Part shown: positions 38,789 to 47,912 of the stretch, one piece after another
Layout: each line of letters begins with the position of its first letter
Numbering within the stretch: the first letter of the stretch is position 1
Made by a program: the position numbers and the translations under genes
From: Lentisphaeria bacterium
GTDB taxonomy: Bacteria > Verrucomicrobiota > Lentisphaeria > Victivallales > UBA1829
NCBI GenBank assembly: GCA_003526375.1
Contig: DPDG01000114.1
Span: 60,818 to 124,817 of the forward strand
Reading direction: 5' to 3'
Length of the DNA: 64,000 nt
Notes under the pieces: generated by a model
Seen by the model: the letters and a program-made list of their open reading frames with translations, nothing else
The model's database searches: none
What the model was told of the DNA's origin: nothing

Positions 38789-39217
38789 TTATTTCTGGGA
38801 ATGCATCAGGATCTTTGCCCTGAAGAACATCATTTCCATCTGAACGGCAACGTCCTGCATCCTGGCATTCAGAATCTCTCGTCTCGGAATGAAAATCATC
38901 TGACATGGCATAATCCTCTGCTTCATCAGGCGGAAAGATTCCCACAGCAACCGTCTCGCCCGGTTCCTTCTTACTGCCCGGCGATCGAATCTGCGGCTGC
39001 AGATGATGCCGCATTTCACTGAATCCAGACTCTGATTCCCGTCGGGGACCAGATAAAGCAGAACGGCAAACGGGCTTGTCTGTTTTTTCCCTTTTTCACG
39101 CACCAGCATGAAATCGGACTTGAGCTTCAACTTGTCATGTTCTGTCAGTGTCTGCTTCAAGATTCTGCCATCCAAACCCGTAGAGACGTTATGAGATCCG
39201 GCGAAATGTTCCACCAA
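38789..39217 (-). CDS. rnpA: Ribonuclease P protein component
   Basis: Basic RNR-type motif RRAVRRNRARRLLWESFRL. Position between rpmH and yidD. Confidence 0.85.
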   Translation of the reverse strand: MVEHFAGSHNVSTGLDGRILKQTLTEHDKLKLKSDFMLVREKGKKQTSPFAVLLYLVPDGNQSLDSVKCGIICSRRFDRRAVRRNRARRLLWESFRLMKQRIMPCQMIFIPRREILNARMQDVAVQMEMMFFRAKILMHSQK

Positions 39218-39256
39218 CTGCCTCCCGGATCAGACGGGCAGACAGGGAACTGCACA

Positions 39257-39394
39257 TCAGTCGAGAGCGAGTCTCTTGCGGCCTTTCGCTCTGCGGCTGC
39301 TGAGGACCGCACGTCCGCCGCGGGTCGCCATTCTTGCTCTGAATCCACATTTACGGGCTCTTTTCAGTCTTGAGGGCTGATACGTTCTCTTCAT
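39257..39394 (-). CDS. rpmH: 50S ribosomal protein L34
   Basis: Below the ORF-track size cut-off. Reverse complement from ATG 39394 reads [45 protein letters not shown], with the stop at 39257-39259. Confidence 0.95.
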   Translation of the reverse strand: MKRTYQPSRLKRARKCGFRARMATRGGRAVLSSRRAKGRKRLALD

Positions 39395-39553
39395 TTTTCT
39401 TTACCTTTCTCCAGGGAAACCAGTCTTTTCCCTGACTTGTATTGCAAATTTATGTTTTGTTTCATGATTACAAAAAACGAATTGATAAAATAATGCGTCA
39501 ACTCCGTTTTTCAAGGTGTCTGTTCCTGTTTTTTGCTGAAAAATAGCTGATGT

Positions 39554-40045
39554 TTACTTATTTTCTTCTGTCGGAGCGGAAAAATTCAGCTTGACCGGAG
39601 CCAGTGAAGTCGGGAGAAGCTTGAATTTTATCTTATATTCCTTATCCTTTGAAGGGACGGGGAAAAGCATCTTGAAATTCTTGCCGCCGTCCATCTGCTC
39701 CAGCTTCCATGTGTCGCCGGAATAGCTGTCGCCGTCCAATGCGACCGCCACGCAGGGGTATTCGCTGCCGTCGGCAGTCAATACATAGTCGTGAATGCTG
39801 ACGGAACGTCCGGCATCCGGTTTCACCGTTACTTCAACCCAGCAGGGGGAGCTGTTTTTCTGGTCTCCGTATGGAGAAGAAACCGCCGGTTTTTCCGAAG
39901 TTGCCGAAGCGGAGACCACGGTGCCGGTTTTAATGAGGTTCGACTCTTCTTTTTCCGACGCATCCGGCGCGGGCGTTTCCTCCTGCGGATAAAGCGGAAA
40001 CGAGATTGCCAGTATTGCAAACAGCAGCAGGGAACGGCGAAACAT
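39554..40045 (-). CDS. Hypothetical exported protein
   Basis: Signal peptide MFRRSLLLFAILAISFPLYPQ followed by a beta-rich region. No recognisable family. Confidence 0.55.
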   Translation of the reverse strand: MFRRSLLLFAILAISFPLYPQEETPAPDASEKEESNLIKTGTVVSASATSEKPAVSSPYGDQKNSSPCWVEVTVKPDAGRSVSIHDYVLTADGSEYPCVAVALDGDSYSGDTWKLEQMDGGKNFKMLFPVPSKDKEYKIKFKLLPTSLAPVKLNFSAPTEENK

Positions 40046-40359
40046 GATAGATTACTCCTGGGTAAAGATTTTATTTTTGCAAAAGTATGATACATTATAC
40101 GGGATATGGCAGGAAATCAAATTTTTATGAGAAAAGTATTTTGGAAAAATTCATGTTTTTCGTAAAAAAATACGCTGAAATCGAATGGCTTATGCAAAAA
40201 AAGCCGGAAAATGATTTGAAATTGGGAAATGAGTGGGTATATTATTTGACTTTTGCCGCTCTCTACTCATTACGACCGGGCGGTGAAGGAGAAAACAGGG
40301 GCACGCGGAAAGGCCGCAGTGCCGGATAACAAACAGTATGAGAATAAGGTAACCTTACT

Positions 40360-40665
40360 ATGGTCAGAATCAGACTGAAAAAGACAGGTGCGAAGAACTG
40401 GATCAGCTTCCGCGTGGTTGCAACAGACATCCGTTCCTCACGCGACGGCTACACCCTCGAAACACTCGGTTTCTATGATCCGAAACAGAGCAATGAGAAA
40501 CTCGATGTCGAAAGAACAGAATACTGGCTTTCCCAGGGCGCTCAGATGAGCGAAACTGTGGCAGACATTTACAAGCGCGCCAAAGAGGGCAAATCCAAGG
40601 TCAGAGGCGTTGCTGATCCCTATACCAAGAAAAAGAATTTTAAGAAGGAAGCGGCCGAAGCCTGA
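40360..40665 (+). CDS. rpsP: 30S ribosomal protein S16
   Basis: MVRIRLKKTGAKNWISFRVVATDIRSSRDG ... GFYDP. Confidence 0.95.
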   Translation: MVRIRLKKTGAKNWISFRVVATDIRSSRDGYTLETLGFYDPKQSNEKLDVERTEYWLSQGAQMSETVADIYKRAKEGKSKVRGVADPYTKKKNFKKEAAEA

Positions 40666-40702
40666 TCAGTCGTGAGACTGTGATCCTGAGGCGCCGCATT
40701 TT

Positions 40703-41116
40703 ATGGTGGCGGCGTCATTTGTTTCAGGCGGCCTGAACCTTGGAGTATGTACCGTGGTTATCAAGGCATTAATGAAATTGTTCGGCGGCGGACATTCCGG
40801 CGACGAAGATAAGAAGTCTGTTTCGGCGGCTCCCGCAGCTTCCGATTCCGGGAATTCCAATCTGCGTCCGGTTACTTTGAAGGACTTGGAAGGGTTCGTC
40901 GATTATGTCGTCCGCGCGCTGGTTGACAATCCGGATGAGGTCAAGGTAGTGACCGAAACCGATGGCGAAGTCAAAGTCATCAAAATCTCCTGCAGGAAAG
41001 AAGACACCGGAAAGATCATCGGTAAAAAGGGCAAAACCATTATCGCTCTGCGCGCCCTTGTCGCCGGTGCCGCCGGAAGAATGCAGGACAGAGTCAGCGT
41101 TGAGGTGATGGACTGA
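40703..41116 (+). CDS. KH-domain RNA-binding protein (KhpA/UPF0109-like) with an N-terminal extension
   Basis: LEGFVDYVVRALVDNPDEVKV ... GKIIGKKGKTIIALRALV is the KhpA core (about 76 aa). The preceding ~55 aa are unusual, so the start may be internal. Confidence 0.7.
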   Translation: MVAASFVSGGLNLGVCTVVIKALMKLFGGGHSGDEDKKSVSAAPAASDSGNSNLRPVTLKDLEGFVDYVVRALVDNPDEVKVVTETDGEVKVIKISCRKEDTGKIIGKKGKTIIALRALVAGAAGRMQDRVSVEVMD

Positions 41117-41118
41117 GT

Positions 41119-41817
41119 CTGCGTATTGACATCATTACTCTGTTCCCGGAAATCTTTTTCGGTCCCCTCGGATGCAGTATTGTGGGACGCGCAATGAAAA
41201 ACGGGATCGTGGAGATCAATGCGGTCAATCTCAGAGACTATACGCATGACAGACACCAGACGGTGGATGACAAGCCGTTCGGAGGCGGTCCGGGAATGTT
41301 GATGAAGCCCGAACCGCTTTTCGAAGCGGTGGAAGCGTTGAGAAAAGATGATACGAAAGTCATTCTGACCGGTCCGCGCGGGGAGCAGTTCTCGCAGAAG
41401 ATCGCTTCGGAGCTGGCGCAGGAAAGTCATCTGGTTATAGTTTGCGGACATTATGAAGGCGTGGATGAGCGCGTGAGGAAGCATCTTGTCGATCGCGAAA
41501 TATCGATAGGGGATTATATCCTTACGAGCGGTAATCTTCCGGCAATGGTCATGTGCGATGCGCTGGTGAGACTGATGCCGGGTGCGCTGGGATGTGATGA
41601 ATCGGATGTTGATGAATCCTTTTCGACCGAATCGGGATTCCTGGAATATCCGCAGTATACAAGGCCCGCCGATTTTCGCGGTTGGACGGTGCCGGACGTG
41701 CTTCTCTCGGGGAATCACGCGTTGATCGAAAAGTGGAGGCGGAACGAGGCTTTCCTTGAAACATTGAGGAGGCGCCCCGATCTCGCTTTGAAGAACGAAT
41801 CAAAATCGGAGGATTAA
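41119..41817 (+). CDS. trmD: tRNA (guanine37-N1)-methyltransferase; start codon non-canonical or uncertain
   Basis: Conserved N-terminus [17 protein letters not shown] is encoded from 41119, upstream of the first in-frame GTG (41182). Also [14 protein letters not shown] and YTRP motifs. Confidence 0.88.
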   Translation: MRIDIITLFPEIFFGPLGCSIVGRAMKNGIVEINAVNLRDYTHDRHQTVDDKPFGGGPGMLMKPEPLFEAVEALRKDDTKVILTGPRGEQFSQKIASELAQESHLVIVCGHYEGVDERVRKHLVDREISIGDYILTSGNLPAMVMCDALVRLMPGALGCDESDVDESFSTESGFLEYPQYTRPADFRGWTVPDVLLSGNHALIEKWRRNEAFLETLRRRPDLALKNESKSED

Positions 41818-41821
41818 AAAT

Positions 41822-42172
41822 ATGAACGTGATTGACAAAATCGAAAAAATGCAGTGCAAGCAGGATATTCCTGACTTCAACATCGGTGACACCGTAAAAG
41901 TTTACAACAAGATCGTCGAAGGCGATAACGAGCGTATCCAGCTCTTCTCCGGCGTTGTCATCGCAAGAAGGGGCAGCGGAATCCGCGAGACTTTCACTGT
42001 CAGACGTGTCTCTTTCGGTGTCGGCGTGGAAAAGATTTTCCCGCTTCACACCCCCAGAATCGACAGAATCGAAGTGGAGCGCAGAGGGCATGTCAGACGC
42101 GCCAAGCTCTACTATCTCAGAGACAAAGTCGGCAAAGCCGCCAAGGTCAAGGAAAAGAAGTTCAACGCCTGA
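41822..42172 (+). CDS. rplS: 50S ribosomal protein L19
   Basis: MNVIDKIE ... [34 protein letters not shown]. Confidence 0.95.
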   Translation: MNVIDKIEKMQCKQDIPDFNIGDTVKVYNKIVEGDNERIQLFSGVVIARRGSGIRETFTVRRVSFGVGVEKIFPLHTPRIDRIEVERRGHVRRAKLYYLRDKVGKAAKVKEKKFNA

Positions 42173-42189
42173 TCCTCCGTCCTGCGGAC

Positions 42190-42888
42190 ATGACAAAGAA
42201 AAATACCGCCGTCAAAAGTTCTTCTCCGGAAGAATTTCTGTCTGTGCGGGATCGACTCCTCGCCTGCGAAACTGTAAAGTGGGTCGAGGGGTTTTCTTTT
42301 GTCGCCGGCGTCGATGAAGCCGGGCGCGGCTGCATGGCGGGCCCGGTGGTCGCCGCCGCCGTTGTTTTCACCGAGAGAAACCGGATTCCCGCCGGAGTGT
42401 TCGACTCCAAACAGCTTTCCCATGCCGAGCGGATGCGGATGAGGGAACGGATTCTTGCGGAACCTTCCATCCTGTACGCCGTCGGGGAGGTCTCGCCGGA
42501 GGAGATAGACCGGATCAATATTCTCCGTGCCACCTGGAAAGCCATGGGGATGGCGCTGGAGCAGCTGAAAGAAGTTCAGTTCGCCCTGATAGACGGCAAC
42601 CCGGTCAAGGGGCTTCCCGTTCCCTCGCAGTCGATCGTGAAAGGCGATGCAAAATCCGCCTCCATTGCTGCGGCAAGCATTCTCGCCAAAACACACCGTG
42701 ATCTCTATATGGAGAAGATCGCGGCAGTTTATCCGGAATATCATTTCGAGATTCACAAGGGATATTGCACGGAACTTCATACCGAAGCCGTCCGGAAGTA
42801 CGGTCCCTGCCCGATTCACCGCATGACTTTCGAGCCGGTCAGGTCAATCCTGAATCCTCCGACACATATTCAGCCGGAACTGTTCTGA
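42190..42888 (+). CDS. rnhB: Ribonuclease HII
   Basis: VAGVDEAGRGCMAGPVVAAAVV, DSKQLS, ASILAK motifs. Confidence 0.9.
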   Translation: MTKKNTAVKSSSPEEFLSVRDRLLACETVKWVEGFSFVAGVDEAGRGCMAGPVVAAAVVFTERNRIPAGVFDSKQLSHAERMRMRERILAEPSILYAVGEVSPEEIDRINILRATWKAMGMALEQLKEVQFALIDGNPVKGLPVPSQSIVKGDAKSASIAAASILAKTHRDLYMEKIAAVYPEYHFEIHKGYCTELHTEAVRKYGPCPIHRMTFEPVRSILNPPTHIQPELF

Positions 42889-44776
42889 TCTTTTCCCGGA
42901 TGAGGAGCATTGTATCATAAAGCGTGCGCAGGAAGGCGCAGAGCATGACGAATGCCGTCGCATACGGATTCGCCCAGTAGAAAAGCAGCAGAAAAGCTCC
43001 AAGAAATACCGTTGGCATGAGTGCGTAGCGGAATGCCGCCTGATTTTTCCGCTTTTCCCATAGTTCATGGAGCCCGGTCAGGAAGATAAGCAGAGAGAGA
43101 ATCAGTATGAAATATTGTATAAACTGCATGGATTGAGGCGATTCTCCATATTTTTGCAGATTCCAGGGCAGCAGATGAGCCAGCCTCGGCGAGGACACCG
43201 GCGCGGTCAGGAATACCGACAGGAGAAGCACCATGACGATTCGTATGTTCATGGAGCGTGAATTGTGTTTCCAGAGATCCGTCAACACAACTGCCGCGGC
43301 GAGTCCGGCGAAAACAGGCAGAATGAAGCGCGTTGCATTGTTGAAGACCATCGGATAGCCGAAGAAGAAAAAGACCGGCGGGTAAATCCACCAGCCGAGA
43401 AGAGCCCGGGTACGGCGCGATGAGATGAAAAACAATGCAAGGGTGCCTGTAACGAACCATGCGTGGTTGGAGTTGCAGAGCAGTTTGATTCCGTAGGGAA
43501 CCATGCTGAAGGAAAAACCTTTCTGCGTAGCCTCCCCATGGAGGACATAGGGCAGGGTGAACGGATTGCCGAACTGAATCCAGTCCACCGCCAGTTGAAT
43601 GGAAAATACCGCGAGAAACGGGAGTGCGCCCGTCAGCAGGAAGCGGAGCCACTGCCGGAACCGGCATAACTGTTCCGCGTAACGCAGATACAGAGCCAGC
43701 AGCATCAGCGGCGCAAAAAGAATATTGTTGACACGGACCAGACATGCCAGTCCGAAAAGAGCGGAAAACAGCGCCAGATTCCATTGGCTGGCTTTCATGG
43801 ATAAAATGAAAGCGAGACAGGCGAAAACGAGCGCTGTGCTGATGGTGTCGCTGACGCAGTTGTAACCGTAAAAGGTATAGAGTTCATACAGCGAATAGGA
43901 AAAGGAGAACTCCGGCAGGGCGGGAAAGGATTTATAGACATATTGTGCATAAAGGTCCTGGCTGCCGATCCAGAAGTAGCGGTGGTGGTAGAGAAATGTC
44001 ATGGCGAGCCAGAGCAGCATTGCGGACAGCGCCGGAATGGCGGCGGAGAGTTTCCGGATGATCCGGTAAGCCATGCAGAGGGCGAACGGCGTCACGATAA
44101 AACAGTTGAACAGCAGGAACGGCGGATAAAATTCCTGCAGTGTCCGGGCTTTCAGGATAAACTGGAACGGGAGATAGAAAAGCGGGAGCCCGACTGTATA
44201 GCTCCATTTGCCGGTGAAGTTTCCTGAAGCAATGTCCTTCGCTATCTGGAAGTAGGCGAAATCGTCCGCCTGTCCCTGAACGATGTTTCCGCTTGCTCCG
44301 ATCGTGTACAGCATGATTCCGCAGAAAAAGAGAATCAGAGCGCCGAACGGCAGACAGGGCGCATATTTTGAATTCTGTTTCCGGAAGAACAGAATAGTCA
44401 GGAGGAAGCCGCCGGATGCGCATAAGGCGCCGAGAAGCATCATCAGCGGAAGTTGTTCCAATTCATAGGAAAAGGAACGCTTTTCCCTGTTTATGCTGAT
44501 CATGACCTCCGGCGACGCCAGGAAGTCGCCTTGCCCCGGAATATGGAACCGGTAGAATGTTATGTCCTTCATGAGCGGCGGCTTTTCGTAACGGTAAATC
44601 TGCCTGCCGATGATTTCGCATACGGTTTCTTTTTCTGTTATAAGAACCGGCGGACGTTTGAGATTGACATCCCGGAATACGGGGGTGCCGGGCGGCAGAA
44701 CAAGCGTTTCCGCTTCTGCGGAGAAGAACAGCGCAGGCAGGAGCAGCAGAATCAGAAGAAAGAATTTTTTCATCAT
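42839..44776 (-). CDS. Polytopic membrane protein, GT-C fold glycosyltransferase-like (GT39/ArnT-like)
   Basis: Signal/TM start MMKKFFLLILLLL, a ~110-aa extracytoplasmic domain, then more than 10 TM helices. The first loop, QADDFAYFQIAKDI, resembles the DExxY motif of ArnT/PMT enzymes. Confidence 0.55.
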   Translation of the reverse strand: MMKKFFLLILLLLPALFFSAEAETLVLPPGTPVFRDVNLKRPPVLITEKETVCEIIGRQIYRYEKPPLMKDITFYRFHIPGQGDFLASPEVMISINREKRSFSYELEQLPLMMLLGALCASGGFLLTILFFRKQNSKYAPCLPFGALILFFCGIMLYTIGASGNIVQGQADDFAYFQIAKDIASGNFTGKWSYTVGLPLFYLPFQFILKARTLQEFYPPFLLFNCFIVTPFALCMAYRIIRKLSAAIPALSAMLLWLAMTFLYHHRYFWIGSQDLYAQYVYKSFPALPEFSFSYSLYELYTFYGYNCVSDTISTALVFACLAFILSMKASQWNLALFSALFGLACLVRVNNILFAPLMLLALYLRYAEQLCRFRQWLRFLLTGALPFLAVFSIQLAVDWIQFGNPFTLPYVLHGEATQKGFSFSMVPYGIKLLCNSNHAWFVTGTLALFFISSRRTRALLGWWIYPPVFFFFGYPMVFNNATRFILPVFAGLAAAVVLTDLWKHNSRSMNIRIVMVLLLSVFLTAPVSSPRLAHLLPWNLQKYGESPQSMQFIQYFILILSLLIFLTGLHELWEKRKNQAAFRYALMPTVFLGAFLLLFYWANPYATAFVMLCAFLRTLYDTMLLIREKIRTVPAEYVSEDSGLT

Positions 44777-44942
44777 TATTATTTTCCGGAGATCATGATT
44801 CATTCTCATATCAATACCGTAAGATATGCCGCAAAGACGCAGAAATCAAATATTTTCGGATAACTCGGCTTGAATTCATGAAAATAAAGTCTAAGTTTTA
44901 ATGATGCAGTTGTATTAACGTTAACATATAAAAGGCTTGCGA

Positions 44943-46793
44943 ATGAACATCAACTACAAAATCCGTGCGGTCCAGCTTGACCTGGCGCGTCAGATGGAGT
45001 CTATGGAGTTCCTGAAAGGATTCATCGATTTCATTGCCGAAAACCACTATAACACGCTGTTTCTGTATCTGGAATGGCGTGTCCGGACGAAAACCTTTGA
45101 CATCGGCAAAAAGGACGGATATTCCGCGGAAGAACTGAAAGAGATCATCGAATATGCCGAGACGCGCGGCATTGACGTGATCCCGGGACTTGCGGCGCTC
45201 GGACACGCGGAACTTATTCTCGAACAGAAAAAATATGAAAATTACGCGGAACTGCGGAATGGAATCAAGGGGCGTTTCCAAAGCAACGCCCGTCATGTTT
45301 TCTGCCCGTCCCTGCCGGAGACGCGCAAATTCATTGAATCCTACTTTACCGAGGTCGGCAGAATTTTCAAATCGGAGTATATCCATGTCGGAGGGGATGA
45401 GGCATGGGATATCGGGTTCTGCCCGGAATGCGCGGAGAAAGCCGCGGCGTATCAGGGAGAGCAGGAACTGTATCTGGAACATTTCAAGTTCTGCCATCAG
45501 GTCGTGACGAAAAAACTCCGCAGACGCATGATGATGTGGGATGATATGTTCGAATATTACCATGACATTCTCGCAAAGATGCCGAAAGACATTATCATGG
45601 TCAACTGGCAGTATCAGGAGAATGTGACGGGGTATCAGGGGCATTTCGCGAATCTGCTTTTCCGCGACCAGCTTGCGGAATATGAGGAACTCGGTTTCGA
45701 TTATCTCGTCGGACCTGCCGATTTCCTCTGGGGCAATGTGGAATCGACCGCCAACTATGCGCGGAACCGTAAACCGCTGGGCGGGCTTCTGACCTCGTGG
45801 GAAAAGAAGACTGCTCTCATGTACAAATTTTTCCCGCTGATGGCGGCTGCCGGCTGGCTCTGGAGCGGAGCCGCGCAGAATGGCGAGGAGGCCATGGCGC
45901 TCGCAGTGAAACAGCTCTTCGGTGTGGATGATGAACTGTTTATCCAGGCGATCATGCAGTATTCTTCCAGAATCAAACGTGTTGCGGCGCTCTCTGCCGC
46001 AGACCTGATGAGCGCCTCGTTTTTCGGTCCGGACCGCTATGAGCTTCATGCTTTGAAAACCATGACTTCGGTCATGATGCAATATTCGGGCAGGCTCAGG
46101 GACTCCCGTGCGGAAGTCGTTCTTGCCGATATCATCGACGATTCCATATTGAAAGTTCTTGCCGCGCGTTCGCAGATCGCCTCGTTCCAGTTGCTCAACG
46201 GGCAGGAGGCGGAATCCATCGACGGGATCGTCAGTGAGCTGGACGCCGTCGCGGAGAGCCGGATTGCCGCCTGCGAGCTGCACCGCCGGAAATGCGACGC
46301 GGAACACTTCAAGGCGAATTTCGAACGCTGGCGCAACGCTTTGCTGGAATGTAAGAATGAGGTGAAAAAGAAAGGGCTCATGAGCATCCTGTTCTGTCTG
46401 CCGGACGGATACGGTGCGGAGCGCATCAGGATCTCGGTCAAAAGCGGCGGAAAGTATCAGGAGATCGCTTCCGGCGTCTATAAACACGATCATGACGCCT
46501 TGTTTTACCGCTGTTTCTTCCTGCCGAAAAATATGGAGGTGGAAGCCGTCAGAATCGAAGCTGCCGGATTCGCCGGGCAGGGAGTCTGCCATGTTTCCGC
46601 GAAAACGGGCAAAGGCAGCTTCGCGCCAGCGGCATTATTGAGCGCGGGCGGCATTGCGGAGCATCCGGAACACGTATTGACACCGGATGTCAATTTCTGT
46701 TATCTCGGCAGTCAACGCACCATTGATGCGTTCCGTGACCGGTCCGGTGCGGAAATGGTGAACTGGATTGAAATCGCCATGAAAAAGGCGTAA
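44943..46793 (+). CDS. Glycoside hydrolase family 20-like (beta-N-acetylhexosaminidase catalytic domain)
   Basis: RAVQLDLARQ, NTLFLYLEWR, IPGLAALGHAE and the catalytic-type motif HVGGDEAWD. No signal peptide seen. Confidence 0.75.
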   Translation: MNINYKIRAVQLDLARQMESMEFLKGFIDFIAENHYNTLFLYLEWRVRTKTFDIGKKDGYSAEELKEIIEYAETRGIDVIPGLAALGHAELILEQKKYENYAELRNGIKGRFQSNARHVFCPSLPETRKFIESYFTEVGRIFKSEYIHVGGDEAWDIGFCPECAEKAAAYQGEQELYLEHFKFCHQVVTKKLRRRMMMWDDMFEYYHDILAKMPKDIIMVNWQYQENVTGYQGHFANLLFRDQLAEYEELGFDYLVGPADFLWGNVESTANYARNRKPLGGLLTSWEKKTALMYKFFPLMAAAGWLWSGAAQNGEEAMALAVKQLFGVDDELFIQAIMQYSSRIKRVAALSAADLMSASFFGPDRYELHALKTMTSVMMQYSGRLRDSRAEVVLADIIDDSILKVLAARSQIASFQLLNGQEAESIDGIVSELDAVAESRIAACELHRRKCDAEHFKANFERWRNALLECKNEVKKKGLMSILFCLPDGYGAERIRISVKSGGKYQEIASGVYKHDHDALFYRCFFLPKNMEVEAVRIEAAGFAGQGVCHVSAKTGKGSFAPAALLSAGGIAEHPEHVLTPDVNFCYLGSQRTIDAFRDRSGAEMVNWIEIAMKKA

Positions 46794-46819
46794 CCATATC
46801 AAATAAGGAGCAATGTAAA

Positions 46820-47734
46820 ATGTCTATTCCGGGTTATGTTGATATTCAGATCAACGGTTATCACAATGTGGATTTTTCCGATCCTGAACTTACGGAATCG
46901 GATTTTCTGCGTACAGCGGAGCGAATCTTTGAGAGCGGGACTTATCTTTTCCTGCCGACCGTCATTACCGGCAGCGAAGAGGTTTACCTGCGCAATATCA
47001 AACTGATGCATGACGCCGTCGTGAAAAACGGACTCGAAAAACAGATTCCCGGCATTCACTGGGAGGGACCGTTCCTTTCGGATCAGCCCGGTGCCGTCGG
47101 CTGCCACAATCCGGCGTATATCCGGAAGCCGGACTGCCGTTTTCTCGATAAGATCATGGACCATACCGGCGGATTCATCAAACTGATGACCGTCGCCGCG
47201 GAAAACGAGGGTGTGGAGGAGCTGATCCGCCATGCCGTTTCTCTGGGAATCACGGTCGGCTGCGGGCATCAGCTCGCCAATTACGAACAGCTTCAGAAAG
47301 CGGAAAAGGCGGGCGCGCGCACGCTGACACATCTTGGAAACGGAATCCCGAATATGATCAACCGCCATAAGAATCCGGTCTGGTCCGGGCTTGCCTGCGA
47401 TGATCTGATTGCCACGATCATTACGGACGGGCATCACCTGCCGCCGGAGCTGATCAAATGCGTAATCCGGATGAAGGGACCCGATAAAGTCATTGTCATC
47501 AGCGATGCGTCTCCCGTCGCGGGACTGCCCCCGGGACGTTACCACATGCTTGGCAATGATGCCATTCTTGAAGAAAACGGACTGTTCCACAATCCGGAAA
47601 AAGGCTGTCTGGTCGGTTCTTCCGCCAGTATGAGCGACTGCATGAAATATCTGGAATCTCTGGATCTGCTCAGCAAAGAGGATTTGGAGAAAGTTGGTTA
47701 CTGCAATGCGATGAAACTCCTCGGAATGCTTTGA
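46820..47734 (+). CDS. NagA-like amidohydrolase (N-acetylglucosamine-6-phosphate deacetylase family, short form)
   Basis: GYVDIQINGYHNVDF (compare the E. coli-type QLNG motif), LTHLGNG, ISDASPVAG. Only 304 aa. Confidence 0.65.
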   Translation: MSIPGYVDIQINGYHNVDFSDPELTESDFLRTAERIFESGTYLFLPTVITGSEEVYLRNIKLMHDAVVKNGLEKQIPGIHWEGPFLSDQPGAVGCHNPAYIRKPDCRFLDKIMDHTGGFIKLMTVAAENEGVEELIRHAVSLGITVGCGHQLANYEQLQKAEKAGARTLTHLGNGIPNMINRHKNPVWSGLACDDLIATIITDGHHLPPELIKCVIRMKGPDKVIVISDASPVAGLPPGRYHMLGNDAILEENGLFHNPEKGCLVGSSASMSDCMKYLESLDLLSKEDLEKVGYCNAMKLLGML

Positions 47735-47749
47735 GAAAGGGTAAAAGGC

Positions 47750-47800
47750 ACACAGAACCGGAACGGCGGAAATTGAATCCGGTTCTGTGTCTTTTCCTTC
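47750..47800 (+). terminator. Rho-independent terminator
   Basis: 12-bp stem ACACAGAACCGG / CCGGTTCTGTGT with a 17-nt loop, then a CTTTTCCTT tail. Confidence 0.6.
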
Positions 47801-47849
47801 CGGTTGCCGTGTTTTTTCAATAAAATCTTCTTTTTTTGGGGAAAAGGTC

Positions 47850-47877
47850 TTGACAAATTTGCTAATATGCTTATAAT
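47850..47877 (+). promoter_or_regulatory. Near-consensus sigma70-type promoter for the GntR-type regulator operon
   Basis: TTGACA (47850-47855), a 16-nt spacer, then TATAAT (47872-47877), about 35 nt upstream of ATG 47913. Confidence 0.55.
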
Positions 47878-47912
47878 ATATATAGCAATTAAGAGACGGG
47901 GAAGTGGTTTTT

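Noticed and set aside
38541-39014. 157-aa version of YidD from the ORF track
   Set aside because: Only the last ~70 residues match YidD. The upstream part overlaps rnpA in another frame and is acidic low-complexity, so a shorter start is preferred.
39395-40360. Possible oriC next to the rpmH cluster, in AT-rich spacers
   Set aside because: There is no dnaA or dnaN, and no DnaA-box-like 9-mers by eye. The AT-richness is explained by divergent promoters. The 80-aa ORF 40087..40329 has no coding character.
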